From a virus (taxonomy: Duplodnaviria > Heunggongvirae > Uroviricota > Caudoviricetes), in the IMG/VR virus record IMGVR_UViG_2724679140_000003, positions 1 through 10,205 of that record: a stretch of 10,205 nucleotides of DNA, one strand, 5' to 3'. Below the pieces are notes generated by a model that saw nothing but the letters and a program-made list of their open reading frames with translations, did no database searches and was not told the DNA's origin. Below, piece by piece: positions 1-6,783 of this stretch (positions within the stretch are counted from its first letter, which is position 1; each line of letters starts with the position of its first letter). A program made the position numbers and the translations under genes.

Positions 1-345
1 GGCGGTGCGCATAGTCTCGTCACGATAGATGATCGGGGATTCAGTAACATTCACGCCGGAAGTGAACTCAAACAGGGTTCTGGCGTCGTTCTCGTACTGT
101 TTTCCCCAGGCCAGCGCCTTAGCGTTAACTTCCGGAGCCACACCGGTGCAAACCTCGGCAAGTAGGGTGTGGAAGTAGGACATTTTCATGTCAGGCCATT
201 TCTTTCCGGAGCGGGGTTTTGCTATCACGTTGTGAACTTCTGAAGCTGTGATGACGCCGAGCCGTAATTTGTGCCACGCATCATCCCCCTGCACGATAGC
301 TCTCACGTCGATCCCAGTACGCTGCAGGATAATGTTCGGTGTCAT
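1..345 (-). CDS. exo: Lambda-type exonuclease (Red alpha), N-terminal part; gene continues past the window edge
   Basis: Reverse-strand translation from ATG at 345..343 reads [115 protein letters not shown], which matches the lambda Exo N-terminus as I recall it. About 115 codons are present, open to position 1. The ATG overlaps the in-frame bet stop (ATGA) as in lambda. Confidence 0.9.
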   Translation of the reverse strand, partial: MTPNIILQRTGIDVRAIVQGDDAWHKLRLGVITASEVHNVIAKPRSGKKWPDMKMSYFHTLLAEVCTGVAPEVNAKALAWGKQYENDARTLFEFTSGVNVTESPIIYRDETMRTA

Positions 346-412
346 ATTGCCACCTTCTGCTCTGCGGCTTTCTGTTTCAGGAATCCAAGAGCTTTCACTG
401 CTTCGGCCTGTT

Positions 413-1126
413 TCAGTTCTGACAATGCATGAATGTCGCGGCGAAATATCTGGGAACAGAGCGGCAATAAGTCGTCATCCCATGTTTTATCCGGGCGATC
501 AGCAGAGTGTTAATCTCCTGCATGGTTTCATCGTTAACCGGAGTGATGTCGCGTTCCGGCTGATGTTCTGCAGTGCATGCGGTATTTTCGACAATGCGCT
601 CGGCTTCATCCTTGTCATAGATACCAGCAAATCCGAAGGCCAGACGGGCACACTGAATCATGGCTTTATGCCGTAACATCCGTTTGGGATGCGACTGCCA
701 TGGTCCGATGATTTCTTTGCCTTCTCGGGTTTTGAATGGTTCGCGACGGCACTCATCCATCCACTCGGTAACGCAGATCGGATGATTACGGTCCTTGCGG
801 TAAATCCGGCATGTACATGATTCATTGTCCTGCTCAAAGTCCATGCCATCAAACTGCTGGTTTTCATTTATGATGCGGGACCAGCCATCAACGCCCACCA
901 CCGGAACAATGCCGTTCTGCTTATCAGGGAAGGCGTAAATCTCTTTCGTCCACGGATTAAGTCCGTACTGGTTGGCGACGATCAGCAGCGCGATGAATTG
1001 CGCATCGCTGGCATTACCTTTAAATGCCGTCTGGCGAAGAGTGGCGATCAGTTCCTGCGGGTCGACAGAATCCATGCCGACGCGTTCAGCCAGCTTCCCG
1101 GCCAGTGTTGCAAGTGCTGTACTCAT
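413..1126 (-). CDS. bet: Red beta (Bet) single-strand annealing protein, C-terminus altered by an apparent 1-bp deletion (likely pseudogene or truncated variant)
   Basis: The 237-aa ORF starts [26 protein letters not shown] and tracks recalled lambda Bet almost residue for residue up to [12 protein letters not shown], then reads [26 protein letters not shown] and stops. The other frame from about 503 down to 342 still encodes a Bet-like tail ([20 protein letters not shown]...[11 protein letters not shown]) ending in TGA that overlaps the exo ATG. Start ATG at 1126..1124 is preceded by GAGG. Confidence 0.85.
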   Translation of the reverse strand: MSTALATLAGKLAERVGMDSVDPQELIATLRQTAFKGNASDAQFIALLIVANQYGLNPWTKEIYAFPDKQNGIVPVVGVDGWSRIINENQQFDGMDFEQDNESCTCRIYRKDRNHPICVTEWMDECRREPFKTREGKEIIGPWQSHPKRMLRHKAMIQCARLAFGFAGIYDKDEAERIVENTACTAEHQPERDITPVNDETMQEINTLLIARIKHGMTTYCRSVPRYFAATFMHCQN

Positions 1127-1131
1127 TCGTT

Positions 1132-1431
1132 TTATACCTCTGAATCAATATCAACCTGGTGATGAGCAATGGTTTCAACCATGTACCGGATGTGCTCCGC
1201 CACGCGTTCTTGAAATTCAACATCGTCATCAAATGCGCGACTGATTGCCTGTTTGCTGGCACCGTGGCGTTGCAAATGGTCGATGCAGAGCGATTCAAAC
1301 AGGTGCTGGGGCAGACCTTTTTCCAGGTCGTCCGCCAGCTCCGTTTCTTTTTCTTCGCGAACGATTTGCTGGTAGTGGCGTGACCATGCCTGCTCTTCAA
1401 TGCGATCAAAAATTGGGCATGTACTCATCAT
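1132..1431 (-). CDS. gam: Gam-like RecBCD inhibitor (short GamS-type form, 99 aa)
   Basis: Translation [99 protein letters not shown] matches recalled lambda Gam closely from the GamS start onward. Sits directly upstream of bet on the same strand. GGGG-rich SD before the ATG. Confidence 0.9.
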   Translation of the reverse strand: MMSTCPIFDRIEEQAWSRHYQQIVREEKETELADDLEKGLPQHLFESLCIDHLQRHGASKQAISRAFDDDVEFQERVAEHIRYMVETIAHHQVDIDSEV

Positions 1432-3379
1432 CCGTCACCCCAAAATTTTCAAGTTTGTTTGCAATCATCATTGCAATACCCGGAATTAATGGCGCTGAGG
1501 CTATACCCGCAGGATTTGCACATAAACCGTAAACCGCTGCAATCACCACTTGTCTTTTCCAGTCGAGTTTTTCTAATGATGAAGCTGCTGCTTCGCCAGT
1601 TTCATCACTGCAATCGCGATGCGGATCGCTGCCATCGTTCTCCTTGTGCGGATGTTCAGCACCTTCCATTTCCTCCAGACCTTTTTCCTGATATTCATTC
1701 TGATTTTCTTCATTAAAGGTTTTCTGATACGTTGCGTCGCCCATCACCGCACCACAGTCAGGGCAGTTATCCCCGCCAGTCTGACCGCAGGCATTGCAGA
1801 CTATTTCCGGTTCCTGTTGCACTACTGGCTCAGGTTGTTTCGCATCCGGGCTGATTTTTTCCGTTTCTGGCTGGTTCTGGTACACAGAATCGCGAGTCTG
1901 GATCCCCTTAACCCATTTCGGATCGTTCGGGTCGCTAATTCCGTCAACAAATTCACCACGTGATGCAGCAAGCAATTTATCGGCATCGACAGGATTTTTT
2001 GATGGAATGTTTTTCCGGGCTTCATGGAGTTCTGCCCGCTTTTTCTGGTATTCCGCTTCAACAGGGTTTACCTGTGACTGAGCATCCAGCGGCTGCGTGT
2101 TCTGATGATGTTCAGCTGCATCCGGTTCCACTGTTTCAGCCGTTGCCTGTTCATGTGCCATTGCGCCAGATGGTTGCGGTTTTTCTTCATCATCCTGTTT
2201 TTCTTCTTCTGTTACACGCTGCGGCATCGGGGCAGAGGAGCGACCGCAGGCAATATCCACGATTTCCGGATCAGGGTTGGCATGATCGGTTTCAGTCAGT
2301 ACTTTGTTCAGATATTCAGTGACGTGCGCGGGGATGACCTCGATCCCAATTGGTGCTTCTTTTACGGACGCAACCACGATGGCGCGGGAATAATCCAGCC
2401 CGCCAGGCATGGTGATGAATTTGTCGCGGAAAACAGAAAAGGGCGGTTTATTTTCAGCGATAATTTCCTCAATGCGTTTAGCGTGTGCCGGATGAAGGTT
2501 ATAGATGTCCACGTCCATTGAACGGGCCAGTACGCCAGTGGCTACATCGCGCGCCAGTGACGTCAGATCGTGGACGAAACCTTTGCCGCGATCGGTGAGG
2601 TTCCCGCCGCCAGCATTAGCACCGGAAGCCGTGCGGGTGATACGTGAAACACGATTTCCTTTCATCCACTCTTTTGTCAGCAGACCGCGATCGGTGTAGT
2701 CAGTGCCCAGGTATGCTTCGAAAAAAGCAGTCATCAGCCCCAGGCTTGAATTGCCTGGATTAGGGAAAACTCTGTCAGTATCACGCACCAGTTTGTGGAG
2801 ATCGCGAATTTCCAGCGGATCGAGCAGGCTGGTTTTGTGGGAAACAGCCAGGGCAGTAACAGCTGGTAGTTCTTCAGCTCGTGCAATGTGTAATGCCTGG
2901 AGTTCGTCGCGTGAAACGTGCGTTACCGGTTTTTCGCTGCCGTGTTGAGCAAGCCAGCGAATGGGCAGCTCCTGACCGGAAATCGGGAGTAGCATATTCT
3001 CCTCAATCTCCGTCATGTCTTCGCCATTAACATTGGTATTGTCAGTGCTGGCTGGTTTGTCCTGCGCAGAGGATGAGGGCGCGATAAATACCATTGTGAT
3101 GCCATCTTCCCCGCCTTTTTCGTAACGGTTGCAGAATTCCGTATCAAATACGCCTTCTGGTGGAAGGTCATCAACAACGGGCAAATTGACGCGAACAGGT
3201 TTTTTAAAGTCATCTTCATCGTAGCCAGCATCGTCAATCGCAACAGCACCACGGGAGATGGCAATGGATAATTTTTTCGCTTCAGCCCAGTAGAAACCGC
3301 CTTTAATACCGAGACGTTTTCTTACTTTGTCATTTTTTGCTTCGTAATACAGTGAGTAAACTTGTTTATCGGTGCTCAT
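1406..3379 (-). CDS. Large hypothetical protein (657 aa): acidic low-complexity segments, CxxC-x7-CxxC zinc knuckle, hydrophobic C-terminal segment; function unknown
   Basis: Uninterrupted 1974-nt ORF. ATG at 3379..3377 preceded by TGAGG about 9 nt upstream. Zinc knuckle [16 protein letters not shown] at about residues 528-543. Hydrophobic stretch [30 protein letters not shown] near the C-terminus. The 3' end overlaps the gam start by 26 nt. No Walker A or other catalytic motif recognised by eye. Plus-strand ORFs across this span are antisense and spurious. Confidence 0.85.
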   Translation of the reverse strand: MSTDKQVYSLYYEAKNDKVRKRLGIKGGFYWAEAKKLSIAISRGAVAIDDAGYDEDDFKKPVRVNLPVVDDLPPEGVFDTEFCNRYEKGGEDGITMVFIAPSSSAQDKPASTDNTNVNGEDMTEIEENMLLPISGQELPIRWLAQHGSEKPVTHVSRDELQALHIARAEELPAVTALAVSHKTSLLDPLEIRDLHKLVRDTDRVFPNPGNSSLGLMTAFFEAYLGTDYTDRGLLTKEWMKGNRVSRITRTASGANAGGGNLTDRGKGFVHDLTSLARDVATGVLARSMDVDIYNLHPAHAKRIEEIIAENKPPFSVFRDKFITMPGGLDYSRAIVVASVKEAPIGIEVIPAHVTEYLNKVLTETDHANPDPEIVDIACGRSSAPMPQRVTEEEKQDDEEKPQPSGAMAHEQATAETVEPDAAEHHQNTQPLDAQSQVNPVEAEYQKKRAELHEARKNIPSKNPVDADKLLAASRGEFVDGISDPNDPKWVKGIQTRDSVYQNQPETEKISPDAKQPEPVVQQEPEIVCNACGQTGGDNCPDCGAVMGDATYQKTFNEENQNEYQEKGLEEMEGAEHPHKENDGSDPHRDCSDETGEAAASSLEKLDWKRQVVIAAVYGLCANPAGIASAPLIPGIAMMIANKLENFGVTDDEYMPNF

Positions 3380-3447
3380 TGTTTTTTAACCTCAACTCAG
3401 ATTAAAATTAATGCGAGTGATGAATAAATGTCCCAGGTTCTTCACTC

Positions 3448-3479
3448 AGGCCTGCACAGTGTGCAGGCTTTCTTTTTTT
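3448..3479 (+). terminator. Intrinsic-terminator-like hairpin oriented for plus-strand transcription
   Basis: Perfect 8-bp stem GCCTGCAC / GTGCAGGC (3450-3457 / 3461-3468) with 3-nt loop AGT, followed on the plus strand by TTTCTTTTTTT. On the minus strand the hairpin is preceded by an A-tract and followed by non-U sequence, so it is not a canonical terminator for the surrounding minus-strand genes. Confidence 0.45.
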
Positions 3480-3754
3480 CAGATTTCACCTTTTAATTTC
3501 ATTGCAATCAGAGTTGCCAGAAATTCGGCTTTTTTTTCTGCGGGCAGATTCTTTCCTATGTGCACCAGACACATTTTTTTAACACCATCGTTAAGTGTTT
3601 TAACGTTGCCTGATGGACCGTCGATATCAACCACAGTGAATGGGGTTTCTTTATTTTCTGTTTTAATCACATAGCCAATACGCTTTCCTTCCAGATTAAC
3701 CTCATGAACAATGTCATCAGTAGTAACAACAGTGGCTTCATAACTGGTAATCAT
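3479..3754 (-). CDS. Small hypothetical protein (91 aa)
   Basis: ATG at 3754..3752 is preceded by a strong SD (TAAGGAGAAAAAC then ATG). Translation MITSYEATVVTTDDIVHEVNLEGKRIGYVIKTENKETPFTVVDIDGPSGNVKTLNDGVKKMCLVHIGKNLPAEKKAEFLATLIAMKLKGEI. The ORF-track start at 3802 has no SD. No family recognised. Confidence 0.75.
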   Translation of the reverse strand: MITSYEATVVTTDDIVHEVNLEGKRIGYVIKTENKETPFTVVDIDGPSGNVKTLNDGVKKMCLVHIGKNLPAEKKAEFLATLIAMKLKGEI

Positions 3755-3828
3755 GTTTTTCTCCTTAATTAAGGTTGAGAGAATCCCTGCCATTGCTGGC
3801 ATAAATTCAGTTTCGAATAGTCAGTTAA

Positions 3829-4110
3829 TTAAAGTTCGTGTGCCATCTGGTCTTTTTCGGCACATTGCTTACAGCAGTATTTATGCTCCTTACGTGCAAT
3901 AAGGGAACCGTGCATATAAATAATTTCAGCAGTAAAGGCTTTTTCAGGTTCAATTTGTTTATTACAGAGCGTATATGCACAGGGAATTAAATCCGGGTCC
4001 CCCTTTTGCTGGAGGATTTTTCTGATTCTCCACAGCCATTTTTTAATTCCGGTGTGACTGATGGTCTGCCTGGAGGCAGGCGTAAAACAATAATCAAGCA
4101 TGGGGTTCAT
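3829..4110 (-). CDS. Small cysteine-rich hypothetical protein (about 93 aa), possible zinc-binding
   Basis: ORF MDMNPMLDYCFTP...KYCCKQCAEKDQMAHEL with seven Cys. The GGAG SD at 4122..4119 is too close to the first ATG (4116) but well spaced (8 nt) from the second ATG at 4110, so 4110 is the preferred start. The SD overlaps the stop of the upstream Rha-like gene. Confidence 0.7.
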   Translation of the reverse strand: MNPMLDYCFTPASRQTISHTGIKKWLWRIRKILQQKGDPDLIPCAYTLCNKQIEPEKAFTAEIIYMHGSLIARKEHKYCCKQCAEKDQMAHEL

Positions 4111-4126
4111 ATCCATAGCTCCATTT

Positions 4127-4681
4127 TTATTTTAAGGAAAGCAACTGCTCTACGGTCATATTTTTAATTGCGCTCCGGTTTACAAGAGTCCAGCCTTGTT
4201 TCTTCAGATAAAACTGGAAGGTATCCAGGGTGCAGACCATTGCGCCGTCAGGAACGGTTTCAGTGAATTTGATATTGCCGTGTTCGTCGAGACGGATAAC
4301 CAGGGTGCGTCCGTCCCCGTGAATCATTTTGTCGGGAGACGGGGCGTTATTCTGGCGCAGTTCTGCTTCCATGCGGTCGAACTCAGCAATGTATGCCTCT
4401 TTAAATGCAGCGGCTTTTTTGCCAGTGAAGCCCATCACCAGGAAAACGAAGCCGTTTTTGGTGATTTGGTACATGGGGCGTTTTTCGCCTTTGGCGTCGG
4501 TGTAGGTAACGGGCGTAAAATTGCGCTCGTTAAAATCTTCAGAGCATTCTAGCGTTTCAATTTTGCGCAGAACGTCCTTGTGCATTTTGCGGAAGAACTC
4601 TGCAACCGCAACAGACGTAGTGACAGCGCGACCATTTTCGATGGTTACGTCAGGGTGAGAAAGGGTAGGGATAGTAGCCAT
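4127..4681 (-). CDS. Rha-family phage regulatory protein (184 aa short form; an in-frame upstream start at 4978 would give 283 aa)
   Basis: N-terminal motif RAVTTSVAVAEFFRKMHKDVLRKIE resembles the conserved core of the phage Rha domain (recalled pattern ...VAE.FGKRHDNVLRDI). ATG at 4681..4679 has SD AAGAGG about 8 nt upstream and puts the motif at the usual N-terminal position. The longer in-frame ORF from 4978 contains an intrinsic terminator, so the short form is preferred. Confidence 0.75.
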   Translation of the reverse strand: MATIPTLSHPDVTIENGRAVTTSVAVAEFFRKMHKDVLRKIETLECSEDFNERNFTPVTYTDAKGEKRPMYQITKNGFVFLVMGFTGKKAAAFKEAYIAEFDRMEAELRQNNAPSPDKMIHGDGRTLVIRLDEHGNIKFTETVPDGAMVCTLDTFQFYLKKQGWTLVNRSAIKNMTVEQLLSLK

Positions 4682-4847
4682 AATGGCAGCCTCTTGGTTA
4701 AGTATTAATAACTCACCACCAAGGTTTTCCACGACCATAAGGGTGGTGAGACGTACAGGGGTGGAAATACCGGTCAACCAAGAATCCGGCCAGCCTTGCA
4801 GCTGCCCTGCACGCCCCACCATAATCTGAATGTGGCTGTGCTTGACG

Positions 4848-4873
4848 CATAAAAAAACCGCCTGAGCGCGGTT
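4848..4873 (-). terminator. Intrinsic terminator (minus strand)
   Basis: Minus-strand RNA reads AACCGC-GCUCAG-GCGGUU followed by UUUUUAUG: a 6-bp stem, 6-nt loop and 7-U tract counting the stem Us. Lies between the DicF-like element and the Rha-like gene start. Confidence 0.5.
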
Positions 4874-5146
4874 ATGCGCTTGATTGAATTCCGGGTTTCC
4901 ACGCCCGGCACCCGTTTTATGAGGTGCAGGTGCACTATAATTCCACCCGTTCTGGTTTTCAATAGCTACATTCAACATTTTCTCTACCTTTCATCACCGA
5001 AGTGAACTTTGTTGATGCGGTGCCTGGTGCCTCCAGGTGACGTTAACCAGTTAACAATTAACGCCGGATAATCCACCCATAACACTGATGCTTTTAACTG
5101 TTCCGCGTGCGCTTAGCCGCATTCACCGCATCACAAAATTCACTTT

Positions 5147-5215
5147 AAAAAGGGCGGACATCAGCCGAACTTCAAGAAAAAAACTGATGCCGCCAAGACT
5201 ACACACAGCAGTGTT
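5147..5215 (-). ncRNA. DicF-like small RNA with terminator hairpin (5' end uncertain)
   Basis: Minus strand reads ...CUGCUGUGUGUAGUCUUGGCGGCAUCAGUUUUUUUCUUGAAGUUCGGCUGAUGUCCGCCCUUUUU. Long hairpin GGCGGCAUCAG / CUGAUGUCCGCC (plus-strand 5153..5194) followed by a U-tract. The segment UUGGCGG(C)AUCAGUUUU and the CCGCCC-UUUUU 3' end match E. coli DicF as I recall it. Position after the repressor and tiny ORFs mirrors the Qin dicA-ydfABC-dicF layout. Confidence 0.45.
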
Positions 5216-5392
5216 GTTATTCACAACCGGAGGCGCACTCCCACCATTTAAATTTAACAGACAAGACCGACTCTTTATGGATACCGGAAATGCGCCTTCG
5301 TGTTGTGCCCGGTTTTATTTCACCACCTCCGGGCTTTGGTGGCCTCGGCTATACCCCTACAGCAAGAATATTGAATTAATCCAATAAATGGT

Positions 5393-5545
5393 TTAGCTGG
5401 TATTTTTGGCAAGCCAGCGACGTGCGCCAGCTTCGGTTTTAAACGATTTGCTTTTGGTATACGTCATGGCGGTGAACGTTCCATCCTGGTTGGGGAACAC
5501 GCCACACACCAGGGATTCGTTGTTGCCGAGGTCGATTTTTTGCAT
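5393..5545 (-). CDS. Small hypothetical protein (50 aa), YdaF/YdfA-like position in the operon
   Basis: ATG at 5545..5543 preceded by SD GAGGG. Translation MQKIDLGNNESLVCGVFPNQDGTFTAMTYTKSKSFKTEAGARRWLAKNTS. Length and position resemble the tiny genes following racR or dicA in Rac and Qin; sequence identity not verified. The ORF-track version (87 aa from 5656) runs through the upstream gene in another frame. Confidence 0.6.
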   Translation of the reverse strand: MQKIDLGNNESLVCGVFPNQDGTFTAMTYTKSKSFKTEAGARRWLAKNTS

Positions 5546-5556
5546 TTTGGGAACCC

Positions 5557-5691
5557 TCACATCTTGTTGTTGCGGATAGAGGCTTCTGCCTGCCAGAGAT
5601 CCCAGTCGTTGCTGCGTAGAGCCTGTACAGCTTGGCTGTAAGTGATGCCGCAACAATCCATCAAATACTGAACTACTTCGTAATGCACCAT
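5557..5691 (-). CDS. Small hypothetical protein (44 aa), YdaG/YdfB-like position; not in the supplied ORF track
   Basis: ATG at 5691..5689 preceded by strong SD (AAAGGGAGAGAUAAA then AUG). Translation MVHYEVVQYLMDCCGITYSQAVQALRSNDWDLWQAEASIRNNKM. Stop TGA at 5559..5557 overlaps the SD of the next gene, suggesting translational coupling. Confidence 0.6.
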   Translation of the reverse strand: MVHYEVVQYLMDCCGITYSQAVQALRSNDWDLWQAEASIRNNKM

Positions 5692-5757
5692 TTTATCTCT
5701 CCCTTTAACGCCGGGTGGCGGAACTAAAACCTACAGCGCCGTGCTGTTCTTGATAGA

Positions 5758-5786
5758 ATATTAGTAACACGGATATTTTAAGTCAA
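5758..5786 (-). promoter_or_regulatory. Candidate sigma70 promoter for the leftward early operon
   Basis: Minus strand: -35 TTGACT (5786..5781), 17-nt spacer, -10 TAATAT (5763..5758). Lies downstream of the repressor terminator and about 65 nt upstream of the 44-aa gene. Confidence 0.45.
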
Positions 5787-5883
5787 CAGTATGGCGTATG
5801 ATATTTTTGATTTAGTAACTATGTAAATGTTTTTTCAAGGGAAAAATATTAGTTATACAGCTGATTTTCAGAAGTTATGGCAC

Positions 5884-5913
5884 AAAAAAACCGACTAAGA
5901 CGTCGGTTTTTTG
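5884..5913. terminator. Bidirectional intrinsic terminator downstream of the repressor gene
   Basis: AAAAAAA-CCGAC-UAAGAC-GUCGG-UUUUUUG: stem AACCGAC / GTCGGTT (5889-5895 / 5902-5908), 6-nt loop, A7 tract upstream and T6 tract downstream. About 25 nt past the repressor stop on the minus strand. Confidence 0.6.
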
Positions 5914-5938
5914 TTGTGGATGGGGTAGTGAGTGGTGG

Positions 5939-6400
5939 CTACTGGTTACGTTTCTTTAGTGCCAGCATGTTCTCGAAGGCTTCCTCGTAGAGCTTGTTTA
6001 GTCCACGTAGCTGGTTAAGGAGTTTGGCTTTTTCTGACGCAGGTAGAATCTCGAAGAGGTTAAGTAACTCAGCCTGTTCTTCATTGACCAGCCTCCATCC
6101 TTTGCCTGAAAAGCTATCATCATAAGTATCTGATGATCTTACATAATTCATTAAGTCTTTAAGGTCTTCTCGAATGTCCTCTGGTTTTACCTTTAACAGA
6201 GCCGCAAATTTTAGCGCAGCGTCGGTATTTACCGGTATCTTGCCGTTCAGATACTGGCTAACGGTGCCTTGAGATTCGAATCCCAACAACTCAGCCGCCA
6301 GCTCTTGAGTCAGCTTCAGCTCTTTTTTTCTTGCATTCCATGCGGCTTTTAAATTCTTGCTCGCTTCTGGAGTTGCAATCACTTCGCGTGTTTTTTTCAT
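5939..6400 (-). CDS. DicA/RacR-type prophage repressor (XRE-family HTH, 153 aa, no S24 peptidase domain)
   Basis: HTH segment LTQELAAELLGFESQGTVSQYLNGKIPVNTDAALKFAALLKV. C-terminal segment EEQAELLNLFEILPASEKAKLLNQLRGLNKLYEEAFENMLALKKRN resembles the recalled DicA C-terminus. Divergent from a Cro-like gene. Weak or absent SD. Confidence 0.85.
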   Translation of the reverse strand: MKKTREVIATPEASKNLKAAWNARKKELKLTQELAAELLGFESQGTVSQYLNGKIPVNTDAALKFAALLKVKPEDIREDLKDLMNYVRSSDTYDDSFSGKGWRLVNEEQAELLNLFEILPASEKAKLLNQLRGLNKLYEEAFENMLALKKRNQ

Positions 6401-6448
6401 ACATAGAGTTTATTTGTTTTACCAATATTATCAAAGATAGTCTGACTG

Positions 6449-6477
6449 TTGATCTTTAAAATTAGTGGGGCTAATAT
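6449..6477 (+). promoter_or_regulatory. Candidate rightward early promoter within the divergent repressor/cro intergenic region
   Basis: -35 TTGATC (6449-6454), 17-nt spacer, -10 TAATAT (6472-6477), about 30 nt upstream of the cro-like start. Imperfect inverted repeat TCAAAGAT (6431-6438) / ATCTTTAA (6452-6459) overlaps the -35 and may be an operator. Confidence 0.5.
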
Positions 6478-6507
6478 TTGCTCGAGGCATAACGTAGAAG
6501 GTTGGCT

Positions 6508-6783
6508 ATGAACTTAAGAGACTATTTAAAAGAGAAACATATCACCCAGTTACAGTTTGGGAAGCTAACGGGTTTATCTCAGGTGCATGTAAGTCGAGTG
6601 CTGGGGGGCTATGAAAGATTCAGCCCTGAAAAAGCATTACGTGTTGCTGAAGTAACGAATTTCGAGGTTACACCTCATGAACTCCGGCCTGATATCTACC
6701 CGAATCCGACCGATGGTTTACCTGTTGGATGTAAGGCTAACACACAAAATGCACAGGAGTTGATTCATGAAAATCAGGCATGA
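6508..6783 (+). CDS. Cro-like regulator, YdaS/DicC family (91 aa from ATG; the ORF track uses TTG at 6502)
   Basis: ATG at 6508 preceded by GAAGG 7 nt upstream. Translation MNLRDYLKEKHITQLQFGKLTGLSQVHVSRVLGGYERFSPEKALRVAEVTNFEVTPHELRPDIYP... has an HTH and the C-terminal pattern typical of YdaS-family proteins. Divergent from the repressor. Confidence 0.85.
   Translation: MNLRDYLKEKHITQLQFGKLTGLSQVHVSRVLGGYERFSPEKALRVAEVTNFEVTPHELRPDIYPNPTDGLPVGCKANTQNAQELIHENQA

Noticed and set aside
248-676. 142-aa plus-strand ORF
   Set aside because: Antisense to the exo/bet coding region, which has strong lambda-like coding signal on the minus strand; no SD.
658-1409. Minus- and plus-strand ORFs overlapping bet and gam in alternative frames (658..867, 972..1244, 1086..1409, 1159..1383)
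   Set aside because: They overlap genes with clear identity, and their translations are low-complexity or unrecognisable.
1245-3264. Multiple plus- and minus-strand ORFs inside the 657-aa gene (for example 1619..1963, 1960..2322, 2105..2521, 2703..2948, 1822..2061, 3013..3264)
   Set aside because: All are antisense or out of frame relative to a single uninterrupted 1974-nt ORF; typical shadow ORFs.
3411-3674. 87-aa plus-strand ORF
   Set aside because: Phe-rich low-complexity translation, contains the terminator hairpin, and is antisense to the 91-aa gene that has a strong SD. The promoter-to-terminator arrangement is better explained as a small RNA.
3755-3802. Longer start for the 91-aa gene (track start 3802)
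   Set aside because: No SD before 3802, whereas the internal ATG at 3754 has a near-consensus AAGGAG.
4196-4552. 118-aa plus-strand ORF
   Set aside because: Antisense to the Rha-like gene.
4700-4800. Possible tRNA-like sequence (GGTGGTGAG ... CCACC)
   Set aside because: No T-loop (GTTCGAATC-like) or acceptor/anticodon arrangement could be found by eye.
4774-4962. 62-aa minus-strand ORF
   Set aside because: Alternative frame within the structured leader region; no SD; spans the intrinsic terminator.
5088-5387. 99-aa plus-strand ORF
   Set aside because: Lies antisense across the DicF-like element and hairpin-rich region; no SD; odd composition.
5393-5656. 87-aa minus-strand ORF as given in the track
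   Set aside because: It merges the reading frame of the 50-aa gene with the upstream region. Two separate genes with their own strong SDs (5691 and 5545) fit better.
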